DNA from: a virus | Lineage: Duplodnaviria > Caudoviricetes | Virus record (IMG/VR): IMGVR_UViG_3300001525_000313 | Location: 38,923 to 102,922 of that record | DNA: 64,000 nt | Direction: 5' to 3' (one strand) | In this document: in pieces, positions 10,186 through 20,464 of the stretch | Numbering within the stretch: position 1 is the first letter of the stretch | How the letters are laid out: every line of letters starts with the position of its first letter | Notes under the pieces: generated by a model | Databases searched by the model: none | Seen by the model: only the letters and a program-made list of their open reading frames with translations | What the model was told of the DNA's origin: nothing | Translations under genes and position numbers: made by a program

Positions 10186-12855
10186 TTATGCAAATGAAGC
10201 ATTAACTGGGCGCGATACTGGTGTTACTGCCTTTTTATTTGCAGGTGACAATGCAATATCACGTAAATATTTAATCATTGTACTAAGTGCTTCAAGTACT
10301 TCAGGTGAAGTTCGTTTATTACCAAGTAAACTTAGTGCAGATTTACTAAATTCAAGTGCATTACGTTTTGCCTCTAATGATGAAGAAGCTGCAATATCAG
10401 CAATCGCAGATTCATAATCAGCTACAAGTTCAGAGTACATACTGCTTGATTGTAAATTTTGATAGTCTGTACCAATAAACTGTGAGATAAAATCATGTAA
10501 ACTTGCACTATTTGTAAATATGCTCTCGTCTACTAAAGCGGCTAACTTAGAAGTTTCACTTTCAGTAGATGAATCTGAATTATAACCTGGACCAAATTTT
10601 GCACCTTCTGGTAAATTAAATTCACCGCTTGCTTGTGCAAATAATCCTGGAAGTTCACCAATTATATATTGTTCACCAGGTTTTGGTGGTGTAACTGTTA
10701 CGCCTCGACAAGGTGTTTGCAAGTCTCGTAAGAATGTGCCTTTTTCATATGAAGCTGAACCACCAGATGAATGTAATTTTTGATGACCATAATATACAAG
10801 ACCAATATGACCAGGCTCTGTTTTACCCTTTGCAACTTGGAAGAATAACATACCTGGTGGTGCTGTTTGTATAGTTAAATCATCGCGTACTCTAAAATCT
10901 GGAAATTCTTCAAGTTCACCTTTTCTATCACCGCGTTTAAGTTTTGATCTTTTGCCGGATTTTAATTTAGCAAATGTAGCTTTTACACTATGAATATGAA
11001 AATCTTTCATGTCAAATCCGGATGATCTTAATGCTGCATCTGTTAGCTCATTACATACATATCCAAGTTTACCTAAACTTCTAAGAATATATGGTTTACC
11101 AAGCTGTGTAACACCCCAATCAAGTGCTCGCTCAGCATAAGTGCCGCGAATTAAATCGCGACCTTCTTGAATTGCTGCATTCTGTAGTGCTTCAGCATAC
11201 CATTTTTTACGTTGTTTAAATGCATTTTTATATTTACCATTTTTACCATGTAATAAAAGATTATATACAAAACCTGACAATGGACCTGCGAAACTTAAGA
11301 TTTTTCTAATTGTTGCTGGATCATCACCTGGAACATCACCACCATTTAATTGAGTTGGTACATTAGTTGTATTTATTTGAGTGCTATTTTGTGTATTATT
11401 TTGAGTATTATTTTTTGTAGTATTATTTTGTGGCTGTGCATTATTATTATATTTTACAATGCTAGCAATAAAGTCTTTAAAAGAAAAGTTTTTGCTTGAT
11501 AGTAAGGACTTTAATATTATACTTCGCTCAGTTAAATTAAGTTTATTTAATATATTAAGTAATCTATCTGGTCTTGTAAGTGGCAATACAGCCTCTTTAC
11601 CAGCTTCACCAACAATTGCATTAGTTGCTTGATTAAATACACCACCGACGGCAAGCTTTTTAGGTATTGCTTTTTCAGCTTCAGCCTTGCCTAATAACAT
11701 TGCTATGGCTGCTCGACGACCATCATCATCTGGAAATATTGATGCCCATTCTTTATTTAGTTCATTGGCACTCATTTTCTTCCAGTCATCAATGTCTTTA
11801 CCAAGAAAATCATCAAGCGTTGGATCTGTTAGCCACTCTTTATTATGTTTAATTGCATTATTAAGAATATCTAATCGACTTTTAGCTAATTGATCTGCAG
11901 ATTGGTCTTTAGTTGCTAATAGTCGACGACCGGTGACTGCATGTGTTCCAGTGAAAGCACCCTTAAGGGAATTACCAGTGCCATTAGTTGTAATGTCTTT
12001 ATAAAGACTATGATAATAGTCTTCGTTTGATTCATTGTTACGTCTTTCACGTGCCTTATAATTGCTAGCTTGTGCATTAAGTACAAATTGAATTTCTCTT
12101 TCTAATTCTGTATTATTATTCTTTTTAGCATCTTCTAATGCACTATTTGCTTTATCAGCATCATCAGTTAATTCCTTCTTTTGCATTATATCAGCAATTA
12201 TTTGTAGTGGTGTTGTAATTAAATCAAGCGCAAATGATATTGGTTTAAGTACAACCGCATGTATTGGTGCAATGCTCTGTAAAACTTTACCAACTACTTC
12301 TAATACTGGTGTTAAAACTTTAGCGATTATACTAAGTACTGGGCCAATTGATTTAAGCATTGTTTCTAATATAGGTGTTAATACATCAAATACTGTTTTT
12401 ATAATTGGCATTACAGCATTTATTAAAGTATTAAATATTGGTAAAACAGTTTTTGCAACTGTGTCAATAATTGGAGTTAATACTTTAAATATAGAAGTTA
12501 GTATTGGCGTTAATAATTTAAATATAGAAGTCAATATTGGTGTTAATGCTTTAAATATAGAATTTAATATTGGAGTTATAGCTTTTAATACACCATCTAA
12601 AATTGGTACCAGTGCTTTAACTAAATCACCTAAAGCAGAACCTAATGATGATACTAAATCTTGTAAAACAGGGCCTAATGATGATAATAAATCTTTTATA
12701 ACAGGACCTAATGTATTAGTAAGATCTGATAATATTGGCGCAATTGTTTTTAAAATATCGTCTAATATAGGTTTTAAACCATCAAGTGCACCTGTCATTG
12801 CTAATAGAGCAACTGCACCACCAGCAATTCCAAGACCTTTACCAAGTTTACCCAT
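10186..12855 (-). CDS. Tape measure protein, C-terminal part, with an NlpC/P60-like peptidase domain
   Basis: 11-residue amphipathic repeats (PILDDILKTIA / PILSDLTNTLG); the LAVGG...VGEAGKEAVLPL tape-measure motif; GKPY...YVCNEL...GHIGLVYYGHQKLHSSG (Cys/His/His). The frame stays open upstream to about 12954. Confidence 0.85.
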   Translation of the reverse strand: MGKLGKGLGIAGGAVALLAMTGALDGLKPILDDILKTIAPILSDLTNTLGPVIKDLLSSLGPVLQDLVSSLGSALGDLVKALVPILDGVLKAITPILNSIFKALTPILTSIFKLLTPILTSIFKVLTPIIDTVAKTVLPIFNTLINAVMPIIKTVFDVLTPILETMLKSIGPVLSIIAKVLTPVLEVVGKVLQSIAPIHAVVLKPISFALDLITTPLQIIADIMQKKELTDDADKANSALEDAKKNNNTELEREIQFVLNAQASNYKARERRNNESNEDYYHSLYKDITTNGTGNSLKGAFTGTHAVTGRRLLATKDQSADQLAKSRLDILNNAIKHNKEWLTDPTLDDFLGKDIDDWKKMSANELNKEWASIFPDDDGRRAAIAMLLGKAEAEKAIPKKLAVGGVFNQATNAIVGEAGKEAVLPLTRPDRLLNILNKLNLTERSIILKSLLSSKNFSFKDFIASIVKYNNNAQPQNNTTKNNTQNNTQNSTQINTTNVPTQLNGGDVPGDDPATIRKILSFAGPLSGFVYNLLLHGKNGKYKNAFKQRKKWYAEALQNAAIQEGRDLIRGTYAERALDWGVTQLGKPYILRSLGKLGYVCNELTDAALRSSGFDMKDFHIHSVKATFAKLKSGKRSKLKRGDRKGELEEFPDFRVRDDLTIQTAPPGMLFFQVAKGKTEPGHIGLVYYGHQKLHSSGGSASYEKGTFLRDLQTPCRGVTVTPPKPGEQYIIGELPGLFAQASGEFNLPEGAKFGPGYNSDSSTESETSKLAALVDESIFTNSASLHDFISQFIGTDYQNLQSSSMYSELVADYESAIADIAASSSLEAKRNALEFSKSALSLLGNKRTSPEVLEALSTMIKYLRDIALSPANKKAVTPVSRPVNASFA

Positions 12856-12931
12856 ACCGCCTAATTTAGTACCTAGGCCTTTAGGTACACCACCTAATTT
12901 ACCACCTAAACCTTTAGCTACACCAAGTATA

Positions 12932-14332
12932 CTACCACCAATACTTTTTGTGACCTAATTTATCAAATAATTTTCCTGGTAAATTAGGAAGATCAAAATT
13001 CTTAGATACAAGTGATCCTAATAAACCAATAACAATCTTAAATCCGGTGCCAACTATTTTTGTAATATCTACACCTTCACCAAACCATTCATCAAGTGTA
13101 TTAGCTAGAGGGCCTGTAACTTTACCAAGTGTATTATTAAATACATCCTCAAATAAACTAGGAAGTTTACCTTCAGCAGTGTTAGTCTGATTAGCTTCTC
13201 TAATCTGATCATCTGTGTATAATTCTTTTCTAATATTATGTCCATTTTCCTCAGCTTCTTTTGCACGAGCTGCAAAATTAGGTAAAACATCTCCAGCTGC
13301 TGTTGCTAAGTTTGACTTAGCAACAATATTATCAAAAAATTTATCTATACTGTCGGCTTTCCCACCTGCGGCCCATAGGGCTTCAATTTCTTTTGGAAGC
13401 TTACCACTAGCAATTAATGCGGGGTTTTGCTGCGCAGTATATGCCATAACGATTTGTGATATTTCATCTGAATCTAATACACCGCCGGCTCGTTCTTCAA
13501 GTTGTTTAACCATTGGTATAAGTGTTGCGATTGCCTTATCAGTACCACCAAGTGTACGGCGCTGATTTGCATCTAATGAAGCTATAACATTACCTAATGA
13601 TTTTGTAACTTGATTATCACCAAGTGAATTAGCTAGATTCTTCATTGAATCATAAGAAGCTGTCTTAGATAGTTCATATGCTTTATCTGCATCCATATTT
13701 CTACGACGCATTGCCATATAACCAGCTAGTTCTTCTTTAGACATTCTAGTGACATCTTTACCAGCTGAGATTAAATCTGCTATATACTCTTTAGCTTGTG
13801 CATTGCTTATATTAAGATCGGCAAAATCTTTTGCTAAAATGCCTTTCATAGAAATTGCAAGATCTTGAATCTGATTCTTCTGATCATGCGACAAGTTTGC
13901 TTTACGCATAATAGTAGCTAAATCAGACTGTGTTTTAAGGGCTTTATTTAAATTTTCTTTTAAGAAGCCAGTTAATCCATCTAATGCTGTCATGAGACCT
14001 TCACGCAACATTTTATTAAACATGTTGCCATTCTTAATCTCGCCATACATGGCTGCTTCAGTAGCACGAGATTTACGATTTGCTGCATCAGATGCTAAAT
14101 TATTTTTACGATCTTCTTTGCGATTATCAGTATTTTGTTTACTTTGTGTAGTTCTTAAAATTTCAACTTCATTTTCTAATGATGATATAACAGAGCTTTG
14201 ACGTGATATGGCTTCTAAAATATCTTTAAGTGCATTATTACCAAATGCAGATACAGTTACATCAGTACTACCTTTTGTAGCTGCTGTATCAAATTGTTTC
14301 ACAACATCATTATAATTAACTGCACTAGCCAT
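12932..14332 (-). CDS. Tape measure protein, N-terminal part (joined to the downstream ORF by a +1 frameshift)
   Basis: Helical Ala/Lys-rich protein with a GAGGTG RBS; the Gly-Lys-rich tape-measure-like sequence continues in the +1 frame at 12932-12954. Confidence 0.7.
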   Translation of the reverse strand: MASAVNYNDVVKQFDTAATKGSTDVTVSAFGNNALKDILEAISRQSSVISSLENEVEILRTTQSKQNTDNRKEDRKNNLASDAANRKSRATEAAMYGEIKNGNMFNKMLREGLMTALDGLTGFLKENLNKALKTQSDLATIMRKANLSHDQKNQIQDLAISMKGILAKDFADLNISNAQAKEYIADLISAGKDVTRMSKEELAGYMAMRRRNMDADKAYELSKTASYDSMKNLANSLGDNQVTKSLGNVIASLDANQRRTLGGTDKAIATLIPMVKQLEERAGGVLDSDEISQIVMAYTAQQNPALIASGKLPKEIEALWAAGGKADSIDKFFDNIVAKSNLATAAGDVLPNFAARAKEAEENGHNIRKELYTDDQIREANQTNTAEGKLPSLFEDVFNNTLGKVTGPLANTLDEWFGEGVDITKIVGTGFKIVIGLLGSLVSKNFDLPNLPGKLFDKLGHKKYWW

Positions 14333-14358
14333 TTTAACACCTCTAAGATATAAAAATA

Positions 14359-14388
14359 AAGTCCATACATCAATTGATATATGGACTT
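14359..14388 (-). terminator. Inverted repeat / terminator overlapping an ATATCAA motif
   Basis: AAGTCCATA ... TATGGACTT; TTGATAT at 14374-14380. Confidence 0.55.
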
Positions 14389-14420
14389 AGCTACTTATTA
14401 TAAGTAAGATATATTATGAA

Positions 14421-15485
14421 TTATACTAAAACATCAAAGTATCTGTTTATGAATAGCTTTAAATCGTCATTAGATTTTTTGTCTACTGAATATGTTTTTA
14501 AGCATCTCAAAAACTGTATAGCAGGAATAAATGAATATTCATCTTTAATTTTCAAGAATACCTTATAATTATCATTTGTATTATCTGACGAATCAAGTAC
14601 AATTAAACCAGGTCTTACAACTGAAATTAAATTGTAATCATAATCTAAAACATTATCTAATGAATCTGCAAGCTGAATGTCTTTATTTGATTCAAAATGT
14701 GGGTTCTTAACTACAACTAAATTTGAAACCTTCTCAAACCAATCATTTAAATCTTTTTCATTGTATGGATAAGACACATCATCAGACTTAGCGACAAAAT
14801 CTGCAATACCTAAATCAGTATAAACAACAAAGTGATAATATGTATAACTGTCAACAACCTTCTGTGTAATATTTTCAGTTGCAACTTTTGTTAAATTTGG
14901 ATTATTATCACTTTCAATTAGTGTTACATCTTCTAAAACAATATTATTTTTTACAGATTCATTTGAAGCAATAAATGATCTACTATAAGAATAATCACTT
15001 GGTAACTGTCGAACACCTAATACATTATGTTTGCTTTTAAAGTATCGTAATGAACATAAAAATGTTTTATTTAATTGAAGAGTTGTAATATCTTTTACAG
15101 GTGTACTAGCTTTTACATACTTGTGTTCACCTGAAAGATCCATATAATGGAAATATTGTGTATCTGCATCATTAGGTGAAAACCATGGTAATATGTCTTC
15201 ATCTACTAAATCAGAATCTTGAACATAATTATTCAAATCATTTACTGTAACACCATTGCTATTAGTATCATTTAATAGTTGTTTATATGTATTAACTAAA
15301 GTAGTGTTTGTGTTATCAGTTGACATTGCAAAGCGACTTGCAAGTGACTTACCTTTATCTGTATCAGCTGGTTTTTCAGTTTTTGCTTCGGCTTGCTTAC
15401 TAGATTTATTTATTTCAGTATTACGAAGTTTTGTTAAAATATCTGTAAGTCCTTCATCTATAAGAATTCCATTTACTATTGACAT
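14421..15485 (-). CDS. Hypothetical protein upstream of the tape measure gene (possible tail assembly factor)
   Basis: 354-aa ORF; position is the only evidence for function. Confidence 0.5.
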   Translation of the reverse strand: MSIVNGILIDEGLTDILTKLRNTEINKSSKQAEAKTEKPADTDKGKSLASRFAMSTDNTNTTLVNTYKQLLNDTNSNGVTVNDLNNYVQDSDLVDEDILPWFSPNDADTQYFHYMDLSGEHKYVKASTPVKDITTLQLNKTFLCSLRYFKSKHNVLGVRQLPSDYSYSRSFIASNESVKNNIVLEDVTLIESDNNPNLTKVATENITQKVVDSYTYYHFVVYTDLGIADFVAKSDDVSYPYNEKDLNDWFEKVSNLVVVKNPHFESNKDIQLADSLDNVLDYDYNLISVVRPGLIVLDSSDNTNDNYKVFLKIKDEYSFIPAIQFLRCLKTYSVDKKSNDDLKLFINRYFDVLV

Positions 15486-15503
15486 ACTTAAAATAAAGCT
15501 CCA

Positions 15504-15800
15504 TTACATAAGTCTAAAGAAATAAAACATTCGCTGATAGAATCTTTCTATAGTTTCATTATTTCGAATAATATCTTGTCTAACAATTTTTTCATTCTTA
15601 AGAAGATATATCTTGTAATAAGCAACTCTATTTTCTACATAAAATTGCCACGTATAGTTCTTATAAAATGATACATATGCACTTTTATATCTTCCATCAG
15701 TGAAAATAATTTTTACACGCTTATGAAACCTAGTATGAATCATACTTTGTATACAAAGCATAATATCACTAAGTCTTGTTATAAAGTCTTTATTTGTCAT
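15504..15800 (-). CDS. Hypothetical basic protein
   Basis: 98-aa ORF with an AGGTG RBS and an upstream ATATCAA motif. Confidence 0.5.
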   Translation of the reverse strand: MTNKDFITRLSDIMLCIQSMIHTRFHKRVKIIFTDGRYKSAYVSFYKNYTWQFYVENRVAYYKIYLLKNEKIVRQDIIRNNETIERFYQRMFYFFRLM

Positions 15801-15890
15801 AATAACACCTACAATTAATAAATATAATTAAATATGTTATTTTGATATTCTGCAATAACTACACATAAAGACTCGAATAATACAATAAAA

Positions 15891-15915
15891 CCCCATGCAT
15901 AATATACACATGGGG
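15891..15915 (-). terminator. Terminator after the tail sheath gene
   Basis: CCCCATG ... CATGGGG, then TTTTATT on the minus strand. Confidence 0.65.
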
Positions 15916-15938
15916 CTTTAGTTTATTTAATTAAGTTA

Positions 15939-18500
15939 TTAAAGAACGCCTTCAGCTTCAAGAGTTGTTGCTGTAGAATATACTGCAAATGTTAAATCGA
16001 AGATTTCAACGGACTGATAGAATCTCAAATTGATTATACCATTGATTGTACGATTTGCAATCTCTTCACGAGAGGTTGTGTCTTCACCCATCTTAACACT
16101 ATATTCAGCAAGTGCATTAACAGATTTATATGGCTCAAGAATATACATACTAACATAATTCTTCCACTGATCCCAAAGAATCTGGCTATTAATTAAGAAT
16201 TTAAGTGTTTCAGTATATTCATCAACCTGGCTACGAATACGAACTAATGTACGTGCAATATGTGCAGCATTAAGATCTGTATAAGCAGCATTCAATGTTT
16301 CATTGCCATAAATCTGAATACCTCTTGTACCAGTATCATAAATTGGATTGATTCTGCACTGTACTAACTGATCACGTTCAGCTTTTGTCTTTGGATTTAC
16401 TGTTACAGCACATGTTTCAGGAAGTGTACCATATTGATCACCAGCAACTGGAAGATGTACACCACGTTCACGATATGAAGTGAGAACATTATTAATTACT
16501 AAGTTTGCTGGAGCTGTTAAAACTTTAACAGATTTAGCAAGTCCGCTTTCAATCTTTGTACATGTCTGCATTAACCAAGAGAAGTAAATTTCAAGGTAGA
16601 AGCTCTGAATTGAATAGTCAACAGTATTTGAAACACCATATTCCCATAAATCAGAATAACGACCCTGTGAAGTTACCCAATCGCATGCATCATCAAGTGT
16701 AAATGCAGTTTGATTTTCACGATCTGGATAATAAGGTGTTGAAAGAATAACTGTACAATCCTTGCGTTCACATGCAATCTGTTTTAGATTATAATGAAGT
16801 GCTCTACGATCATCTGAACTTGGTAAATATACTTCACCTGGTTTTAATAAATCATAATGTTTTGCTTTATATTCGTCACTAGTATCATTATCATCTTTAT
16901 CAGCATCTTCAAGATCACGTGAAACTGGTGCTGTTAAGTCTGCCATTAAGCAGCCAGCATATTTTTTAGCTTTAAACTGTTCTAATGCATCGATATAATC
17001 TTGCATTGAAACTTTAAACATTGGCTGACAGTCAATAATGTATGGTTCTAAGTCTTCAGGAACTTTTAAAGTTTTCTGTGGTATACCAACATGTTTATCC
17101 ATAATGGCTTTTACAATTGAATTTGCACCACGTTCTTTCTTAATACAAGCACCTTCAGTAGATGGATCAATAAGTTCAAATCGAACAATTGTACCTAATG
17201 ATGAATTTAAGTTATTAACTAATGACTGATTTGTTGTTGTATCTTCTAGTTTTACACGAGCTTTACCAAGTTTATTGGTACCATCTGCATTTAGAACTTC
17301 AACATTTAGATAATAAACATGAAGTGAATATGGTTTAGCCTGTGAAATATATGTTTTAAATGTTAAATCTTCAGCCATTGAAGAATAGCCAATAATTGCG
17401 TGTGAGCCTCTTGTTACACCTTGAATAACAATTTCTTCAGTGCCACTAAGATCCCAATCGTCCTTGTCCCATGGATCATCGCCATGTGTAGCAATGTGTG
17501 GTGTTGCTATTATTACAAGTTTTCTACTGTCATAAGAATATTCTATAGATACATCATCAGATTCACCTGCACCGCAGGCATATTTAAGAGTATTTTTAAG
17601 ATTTTTAATTGTGTTCTCTAATAAGATATATTCGTTATTTAACTGCGTTGTGCTCTCAAGTGTAATAGCGCCGGTTTCACTGTTTACAGCTAGTACTTTT
17701 TGTGTTTTATCATTATTATCATGATCAATTGTTGCAGGTGTTACTACAATAGGTTCTGCACCCCATGATGGATCAATTGCACCATAAGCAACTAAATCAT
17801 AGTCATTTACAATTTCATCATTAACAAATGTAATGGTAAGAATAAACTCGCCTTGATGCTGAGCATCAGCAACAATATCCCATGTATATTTATCATTTAA
17901 ATCATTACCATTTTTTTCTTCTGCAGCTATACTATCAGGAATTCCTGCATTTTCTGTATCAATGCTTGTAGGTTTTTCATTACTGTTAAATGCATTATAC
18001 TTATCAGCATAAAATGAAAAACCATCAGGAATAGCAGCATTATTTTTATAGCCAATAATCTTAGTTATAACATATTTATTTTTTAAACCAGTAATAGTAA
18101 CTGTTCGTGTTCCAAGAGTTGCGTTTAATACAGCATTATCACCAAAGCTTTCATCTTTATTATAATCAGGATCAGCTACAAATGGGAACTTATAAACACC
18201 AGCATCACCGGAATTTACTTTTGCAACATAGCAAGATGTGCCATTATCAACAACCTGCATAATGTCATAAAGATCAACATATTTTTCTGGATCAATACGA
18301 GGATCACCAAAGTTTGCAATTAAGCTATCAGTATCACGAATTAAAACAGGATCATATAAACCTTCATCATTTTTCTTTAATTTTGCAATCGGTGTAATTG
18401 CAGCAAATAATCCTGTAAAGGAAACTACATTTGGAACTACAGATAAATCTTTGACTCTTGAACGTAAATGTGCAGATTCACGTGTCTCATTTTTAATCAT
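15939..18500 (-). CDS. Tail sheath protein (gp18-like), main copy
   Basis: LIANFGDP near the N-terminus; C-terminal KAERDQLVQCRINPIYDTGTRGIQIYGNETL...IARTL...EEIANRTINGII; GGGAGAG RBS. Confidence 0.9.
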   Translation of the reverse strand: MIKNETRESAHLRSRVKDLSVVPNVVSFTGLFAAITPIAKLKKNDEGLYDPVLIRDTDSLIANFGDPRIDPEKYVDLYDIMQVVDNGTSCYVAKVNSGDAGVYKFPFVADPDYNKDESFGDNAVLNATLGTRTVTITGLKNKYVITKIIGYKNNAAIPDGFSFYADKYNAFNSNEKPTSIDTENAGIPDSIAAEEKNGNDLNDKYTWDIVADAQHQGEFILTITFVNDEIVNDYDLVAYGAIDPSWGAEPIVVTPATIDHDNNDKTQKVLAVNSETGAITLESTTQLNNEYILLENTIKNLKNTLKYACGAGESDDVSIEYSYDSRKLVIIATPHIATHGDDPWDKDDWDLSGTEEIVIQGVTRGSHAIIGYSSMAEDLTFKTYISQAKPYSLHVYYLNVEVLNADGTNKLGKARVKLEDTTTNQSLVNNLNSSLGTIVRFELIDPSTEGACIKKERGANSIVKAIMDKHVGIPQKTLKVPEDLEPYIIDCQPMFKVSMQDYIDALEQFKAKKYAGCLMADLTAPVSRDLEDADKDDNDTSDEYKAKHYDLLKPGEVYLPSSDDRRALHYNLKQIACERKDCTVILSTPYYPDRENQTAFTLDDACDWVTSQGRYSDLWEYGVSNTVDYSIQSFYLEIYFSWLMQTCTKIESGLAKSVKVLTAPANLVINNVLTSYRERGVHLPVAGDQYGTLPETCAVTVNPKTKAERDQLVQCRINPIYDTGTRGIQIYGNETLNAAYTDLNAAHIARTLVRIRSQVDEYTETLKFLINSQILWDQWKNYVSMYILEPYKSVNALAEYSVKMGEDTTSREEIANRTINGIINLRFYQSVEIFDLTFAVYSTATTLEAEGVL

Positions 18501-18618
18501 ATTTCAACTCTCCCTTAAATTCGATTATGGGCATAGAATATCCACAAGTGTATATTTTTAAATATATAAAAGTTCTCAATAAGAACTGCTAAGTAGTCAA
18601 ATGTTTATTCATAATAAA

Positions 18619-19068
18619 TTATGAATTTTTAAGTATGTCTAGTAAATCAAAATATGACAATTTACATTTTTTATAATCAGAATAATACTTAGAAAAATCA
18701 ACTTCAATCTTGTGATATTTTAAATCAGTTGAAAATATAGATTTTTCTTCATTAGATAGATTAGTCCAAATTGCAGAAAAAACATGTGATACAGTAAAAG
18801 GTACTATATTTTTTGTTAGTAAATGATGCGGTCGATACAGTTTATTTTCTGCAAAACAAAATAGATGCTCATTATGCTCTTCACAAAAGACCTTAGCAGC
18901 TCGTGTATTTATATTTTCATGAAACGGACAAAAACACGTAGATGTATAATCTGGAAAATTTATATCAGCATACTTAAGCAAATATTCAAATGTACAATAA
19001 TAATCAATGACATTTAGCTCAAGCTTTGTGTTGATATTTTCATCTATGTTAGTTGACTGTAAATCCAT
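18619..19068 (-). CDS. Stand-alone CHC2-type zinc-binding protein (DnaG primase zinc-binding-domain-like)
   Basis: CFCPFHENINTRAAKVF...HLFCFAE resembles CPFH.E.TPS...F.CFGC, with the last Cys replaced by Glu. Confidence 0.65.
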   Translation of the reverse strand: MDLQSTNIDENINTKLELNVIDYYCTFEYLLKYADINFPDYTSTCFCPFHENINTRAAKVFCEEHNEHLFCFAENKLYRPHHLLTKNIVPFTVSHVFSAIWTNLSNEEKSIFSTDLKYHKIEVDFSKYYSDYKKCKLSYFDLLDILKNS

Positions 19069-19156
19069 AAATTAACACTTAATTATATAGATATAGTTTA
19101 AATATAAATTGAATAAAATAAAATGCTATAACTATTATAGTTATTTTATATATACA

Positions 19157-20365
19157 CTAAAATGAAATAAATGCTTTAGCGCTTTTTACAGTTGCAGCAT
19201 AATTTTTTACATTAGAAGCACCCTTTGCCTCTGGCATCTCTTTAAGTGTTTTATTTTTAATACATTCCTGTACAAATTTACGCACAGTCAAGAATTGCTT
19301 ATACATTGAAGAGTCGCCAACACATTTAAATTGTTTATGTAACCAATCACTTAATGTTTTTGATGGATCACTACCTTCTTTACTGTCATTACCATTAAAG
19401 AAATCTTTTAACTTTCCAATCATTTCAAAACCCTCAAGTGCACCATCAGTAATATCACCAAGGATTTTATATACTGAGTGATATATAATCTTCTCGTCTG
19501 GTTTTGGAGGTTCCTTTTTACCATTAATTGGAGCAATTGCGATTTCTAATTCAGCTGAATCTTCTGGCTTATCAGAACCAACATCAAAAGCCCATCTGCA
19601 TCTACCAATAAATGGTGCATAAGCTTCAATGTTTTTATTTATCATTGTTGATACTGATAATACTTTAAGTGCATCTATAGCTTCGCCATCTTTATTATTT
19701 GCATTTGCTAACTTATTTGCAATATCACGTGCAGTTCTAAACTTTTTAGATATTATTGCATTCTTTACTTTTTTAACATCTGAAACATTATCTAAACGAA
19801 CACGCCATTTTGTACAACCTTCATTTGGAAGATCAACTACAACAATAAATTCAGCATCAGACACATTGTCATCGCTATGTTCTGATTCATATTCATCTGA
19901 TTCATCATCAGATTTATTATCATTATTGTTATCTTCTGGTTCAGACTTATCAGATTCAGCATCAGATTTACCATCTGATTGTGTTGTATCATTTAATTGT
20001 GTTTTATCAGCAGCACGGTTTGCATGCAAATTGTCAATGACATCATCAATATTAATGTCATCTTCGTAAAATTTAGTTCTATTTAAACGTGAAAATGCCT
20101 CAAATAATGAATAGTTATAGCTTTCACTAGAAGCTTTTTCACTATTTGCGTTATCAGATTTTTCAGCTGGTTTATCGTTATTTTGTTCTGCACTTTTTTC
20201 TTTATTCTGTGCATCATTATCAGATGTAGCATTTGTATCTTTAATAAATACATTACCGCTATTCATTACTGCTTTTGATGGTCCATTTAAAAACATTGCT
20301 TTTAAAAGGTCTTCATTACCACTAAGAGAGAAGACTTCTTTATATGAAGAAGGTATTGTTGCCAT
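19157..20365 (-). CDS. Hypothetical protein with acidic low-complexity linkers (possible virion-internal protein)
   Basis: 402 aa; D/E/S/N-rich tracts; GAGG RBS; upstream ATATCAA motif. Confidence 0.55.
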   Translation of the reverse strand: MATIPSSYKEVFSLSGNEDLLKAMFLNGPSKAVMNSGNVFIKDTNATSDNDAQNKEKSAEQNNDKPAEKSDNANSEKASSESYNYSLFEAFSRLNRTKFYEDDINIDDVIDNLHANRAADKTQLNDTTQSDGKSDAESDKSEPEDNNNDNKSDDESDEYESEHSDDNVSDAEFIVVVDLPNEGCTKWRVRLDNVSDVKKVKNAIISKKFRTARDIANKLANANNKDGEAIDALKVLSVSTMINKNIEAYAPFIGRCRWAFDVGSDKPEDSAELEIAIAPINGKKEPPKPDEKIIYHSVYKILGDITDGALEGFEMIGKLKDFFNGNDSKEGSDPSKTLSDWLHKQFKCVGDSSMYKQFLTVRKFVQECIKNKTLKEMPEAKGASNVKNYAATVKSAKAFISF

Positions 20366-20424
20366 TATATTACCTCGTATGTTTATGTAACATTGAACTA
20401 ATATAATATTGATATATAAATTTA

Positions 20425-20444
20425 CCCTAGTAATACTACTAGGG
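20425..20444 (-). terminator. Inverted repeat after the SNF2 helicase gene
   Basis: CCCTAGTA-ATAC-TACTAGGG. Confidence 0.55.
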
Positions 20445-20464
20445 CATTATATTGATAAATATAT

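Noticed and set aside
12943-12950. Classical -1 slippery site (C AAA AAG) in the tape measure gene
   Set aside because: The heptamer is imperfect and the -1 frame reaches TAG after about 9 codons. Only the +1 frame continues.
12272-12958. 228-aa plus-strand ORF and the other plus-strand or nested short ORFs in the track
   Set aside because: They are antisense or alternate-frame shadows of well-supported minus-strand genes and arise from codon bias and repeats. I saw no recognisable motifs in them.
19088-19094. TAGATAT upstream of the zinc-ribbon gene as another late-motif copy
   Set aside because: It lies only 19 nt from the start, outside the 41-60 nt window of the other copies, and may be a chance match in AT-rich DNA.
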